From: Toensbergia leucococca
Taxonomy: Eukaryota
Direction: 5' to 3'
Length of the DNA stretch: 20,311 nucleotides
Assembly (NCBI GenBank): GCA_022813965.1
Contig: JALDZS010000101.1
Location: 62,001-82,311 of the forward strand
The position numbers and the translations under genes are program-made. Position 1 is the stretch's first letter. Each line of letters starts with the position of its first letter. This document shows positions 17,342-20,311 of the stretch, piece after piece. Under the pieces are notes generated by a model. It saw nothing but the letters and a program-made list of their open reading frames with translations. It was not told the DNA's origin and ran no database searches.

Positions 17342-19339
17342 GATTGCCAATGGTGTTCAAGGACAGTGTTAGGTATCAAAGGAATGTGCATCAATCAGAA
17401 CAACAGAGAGAAAACAGCGATTGATAAGAATGAAGAATAAAGTATGGACAAGGCGGTCGAGATATTGCACTACATACCTGATGATAATGCACATGGATAT
17501 CTTACTTTCTTTCCGCACACTAACCATCAAGCCCCTCGGGCTATCAACGTAGTCAGGTACGGTCGAGAAGGAGTGGAAGCTTTGCCAAGTTGAGCTTAGG
17601 GTTGGGGGTGAATAGAGAGCTGGATTCCAGACCCCTGACCCTGAATCCCTGTCATATAAGTACTATGGTACATGTCTTCTGCAGCTTGCAGGAAGACTGC
17701 ATAATCCAGGGGCATGGCGCATACCTAACAACGGTTTTTCGCAGTGTTTAACTGGAATGCCCCGCGGGTACAAAGCGAAAGAAATCTAAACCATGGTCGA
17801 GAGGCTCAACCAGAGAACTTTGGGACAATTGAAGTTCGAGTGAGAAACATGGTAAATGACACTCCACAGTCAGGTACTTACCCCTACTCGGATCAAAATC
17901 CCCTTTCTCGGTGCCCGCCGCTAGCTCCAGATGATGAACCTCATGTAGATAAAAGGGCAAATCTCCCTCTTCTCATCAATTAGAGTTGGCCGAAGCAGGG
18001 AAGTCGAAGCGGAAAGATATCAGAGGACGGCAGATGATACTAGCTCAAGTAAATCATTCCCCATGCTCCCTCGTCCCTGTCCAGATACCTCGATAGTCAG
18101 TAATCTCCATGCAGTAGTATTCAGTACCTCCGCACATGCTACATAGTACAGCATTTGTACTTTGTGCTCTGCAAATTTCAAACAGGCAGATCACATATGC
18201 GACGATGCGTAATGAAGAGTATATCCAACGTAGAAAGTAATTGATTTTTGTCAATACTCATCTAGTTTCCGACAGCGGCTCTTTGTTGTGACAAGTTCAT
18301 TTCCGAGCTTGTGTTTCACTGGTGCCACCACCTTTAGCTTACCCCTTTTTTCCTGGATTTAGCTCATGTACAGAGTACAGAAGTCCCCACCCTCGCCACC
18401 ATCCCGCTGTGGCTGCAAAAAATGGAGCTGTCGATTACGTTTTCTAAATCGCTGGGATAAGTGGTAGTGCCGTGTTCCCCCTTTCATCCTTAGTACCACG
18501 TGTATGGCTTACGCCCAGACTCCTTTTTAAGCTCCACGGTTCGTAGCGAGAAAGATTCCCGAATCGTCGAATCAGTAAACGCATGGACCAATTGGATGAG
18601 AGGCTTGCTGTAGAAGTAGCGCCATTGTGCAGCGTGGAGTCTATTAGAGCTCCGTGGTTCCACACATGTAGCAAAAGTCCACCTTAGTAAACTGCAATAA
18701 CCCCAGATGCGCACAAGTTATTCGATTCGTACCTTATCTTCCCCCACACAAACGTCGTTTGATAATGAACCCAAACGCCAATCGAATGAGCAAGGGAACA
18801 GTGTCACTTATCGGATATCAGACCGAGTGTCACAACTGCTTCAGCTTACAGAAAAGCCTTCAGGGGTTCCTTCATCTCGCATATATTCGAATCTCCTCCA
18901 TCAATCAAACAACATTGGAACTTGGTAAGTATTCATCACACAGAGACTCGCATGATAGAACTGTGGTAACCCGGCTTCGAAATGTCCCCCTTTACCAAGA
19001 GGATACTCACGAGTCGGCATGATTGGCCACAATAGAACCACTAGAGGCTCACAATTTACAGAGCTCGGTATAGTACTTATAGAATTACAATTGCAGCATG
19101 AAGATATAATCCTCATACCAAGTAATACATGGTCCCTAATCTTGAATCGTAGTGAGAAGCAATAAGTATAGCAAATGGCAAGAAATCCCAGAAGAAAAGA
19201 ATCACACAGTCGCATTCACCATTGAAACCTTCCAATGTCATTACATACATCAGAATCATAGACCGAGTCAAGCTATACACAGTTCTAAAGCTTACACAAT
19301 TCTTACCTATGGACAGCTTCGGATTCAATCATCTACATC

Positions 19340-20311
19340 CTACAATCGACTTATAATCGCCTTGGCATATTCGTGCGTCTTTGCCTTTCCTCCCAGGTCA
19401 CCCGTCAAGTGCTGAATATAGTAGAATGATCAGCAAATTACTTGAGGTATAGAGGCAGAGAAACCTTACCTTTCCCTCCGCAAGAGTCTCAAAGATGGCT
19501 TTCTGAATATTCTCGGCATGATCGTGCAATCCCATATGTTGTAACATCATAATACTGCTCAATAACAACGCTGTCGGATTGGCAAGACCTTTTCCTGCGA
19601 TATCAGGTGCTGAGCCGTGAACAGCTTCAAAGATTGAACATTCATCACCAATATTCCCAGAAGGCGTTAGGCCAAGACCACCGATCAAACCAGCGCACAT
19701 GTCCGATAAGATGTCTCCGTAAAGGTTTGGCATCACTAGGACTTTGTCGTTGTAAAGAGTTGGGTCCGTGACAATCTTCAAGCAGGTATTATCAAGCAAC
19801 TCGGCATCGAATTCAATTTTGGGGAAATCTTTGCTGATTCTTCTCGCAACGCTCAAGAATAATCCATCCGACATTTTCATTATCGTAGCCTTGTGTACAA
19901 CTCGCAGCTTTCTCCTGCCAATATCTTCGGCGTATTGAAATGCGAATTTTAGAACACGTTCAGAGGCATCTTTGGTAATGAGCTTGATACTCTGGACTAC
20001 ACCATCAACGACAATGTGCTCGATTCCAGAGTACTCTCCTTCGGTGTTCTCTCGGATTAGAACTGTGTCGACATGATCATAGGGGGTTTTATATCCAACT
20101 ATGGATTTGCAGGGACGAACATTGGCAAAAAGGTTAAAAGTTCGGCGAAGGGTGAGGTTGAGAGAGACATGGCCTTTGCCAATGGGAGTCTATAAAAGCA
20201 GTCAGTACAATCATTTGAGAGAGATGGTGGGTGTTCTGGCATACAGCCAAAGGACCCTTTAAAGCAATGTAATTAGTCTTAACACTCTCGATAGCTTTAT
20301 CTGGTATAACA
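19340..20311 (-). CDS. IDH2: Mitochondrial NAD-dependent isocitrate dehydrogenase subunit 2 (catalytic), 5'-truncated; exons >20311-20245, 20189-19470, 19411-19340
   Basis: Spliced translation includes [112 protein letters not shown] and HLTGDLGG...SRL*. Introns are 20244-20190 and 19469-19412. The YGDILSD and [10 protein letters not shown] motifs indicate the catalytic subunit rather than IDH1. Confidence 0.96.

Noticed and set aside
17674..17697. Imperfect palindrome gtcttctgcagcttgcaggaagac upstream of the RGS gene
   Set aside because: A single short bulged hairpin with no supporting context.
17350..19339. Numerous 60-104 aa ORFs between RGS and IDH2
   Set aside because: Mostly non-ATG starts, no motifs and no consistent exon chain. 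Treated as promoter, UTR and intergenic DNA.
19398..19469. C-terminal tail [23 protein letters not shown] of the listed IDH ORF
   Set aside because: Read-through into intron 19469-19412. The real last exon encodes [23 protein letters not shown].

Overview
Eukaryotic, filamentous-ascomycete-like DNA (short GT-AG introns with CTAAC/CTGAY branch sites). The window has two compartments. The right part (~15.9-20.3 kb) is conserved housekeeping synteny on the minus strand: an intact 3-exon RGS-domain/C-terminal-TM (Rax1-like) gene and the 3' part of mitochondrial NAD-dependent isocitrate dehydrogenase subunit 2 (IDH2). The left ~15.6 kb is an orphan-gene island with no protein I recognise. It holds two very long coiled-coil ORFs (~755+ aa and 1093 aa). 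The second has heptad-multiple 105/126-bp internal repeats and a C-terminal half Zn2Cys6-like motif. The island also holds a low-complexity zinc-ribbon gene that appears present in up to three states: open at the left edge, a 3' relic at ~4.0-4.4 kb, and a multi-intron copy at 9.5-11.2 kb with three in-frame TAG/TAA stops. A ~4 kb graveyard of shuffled gene fragments follows (11.3-15.6 kb), including a 65-bp copy of the large coiled-coil gene fused through a 6-bp overlap to an RBR/IBR-type RING relic. No transposase, tyrosine recombinase, tRNA, rRNA or CRISPR array is visible. All functional calls for the island are inference.
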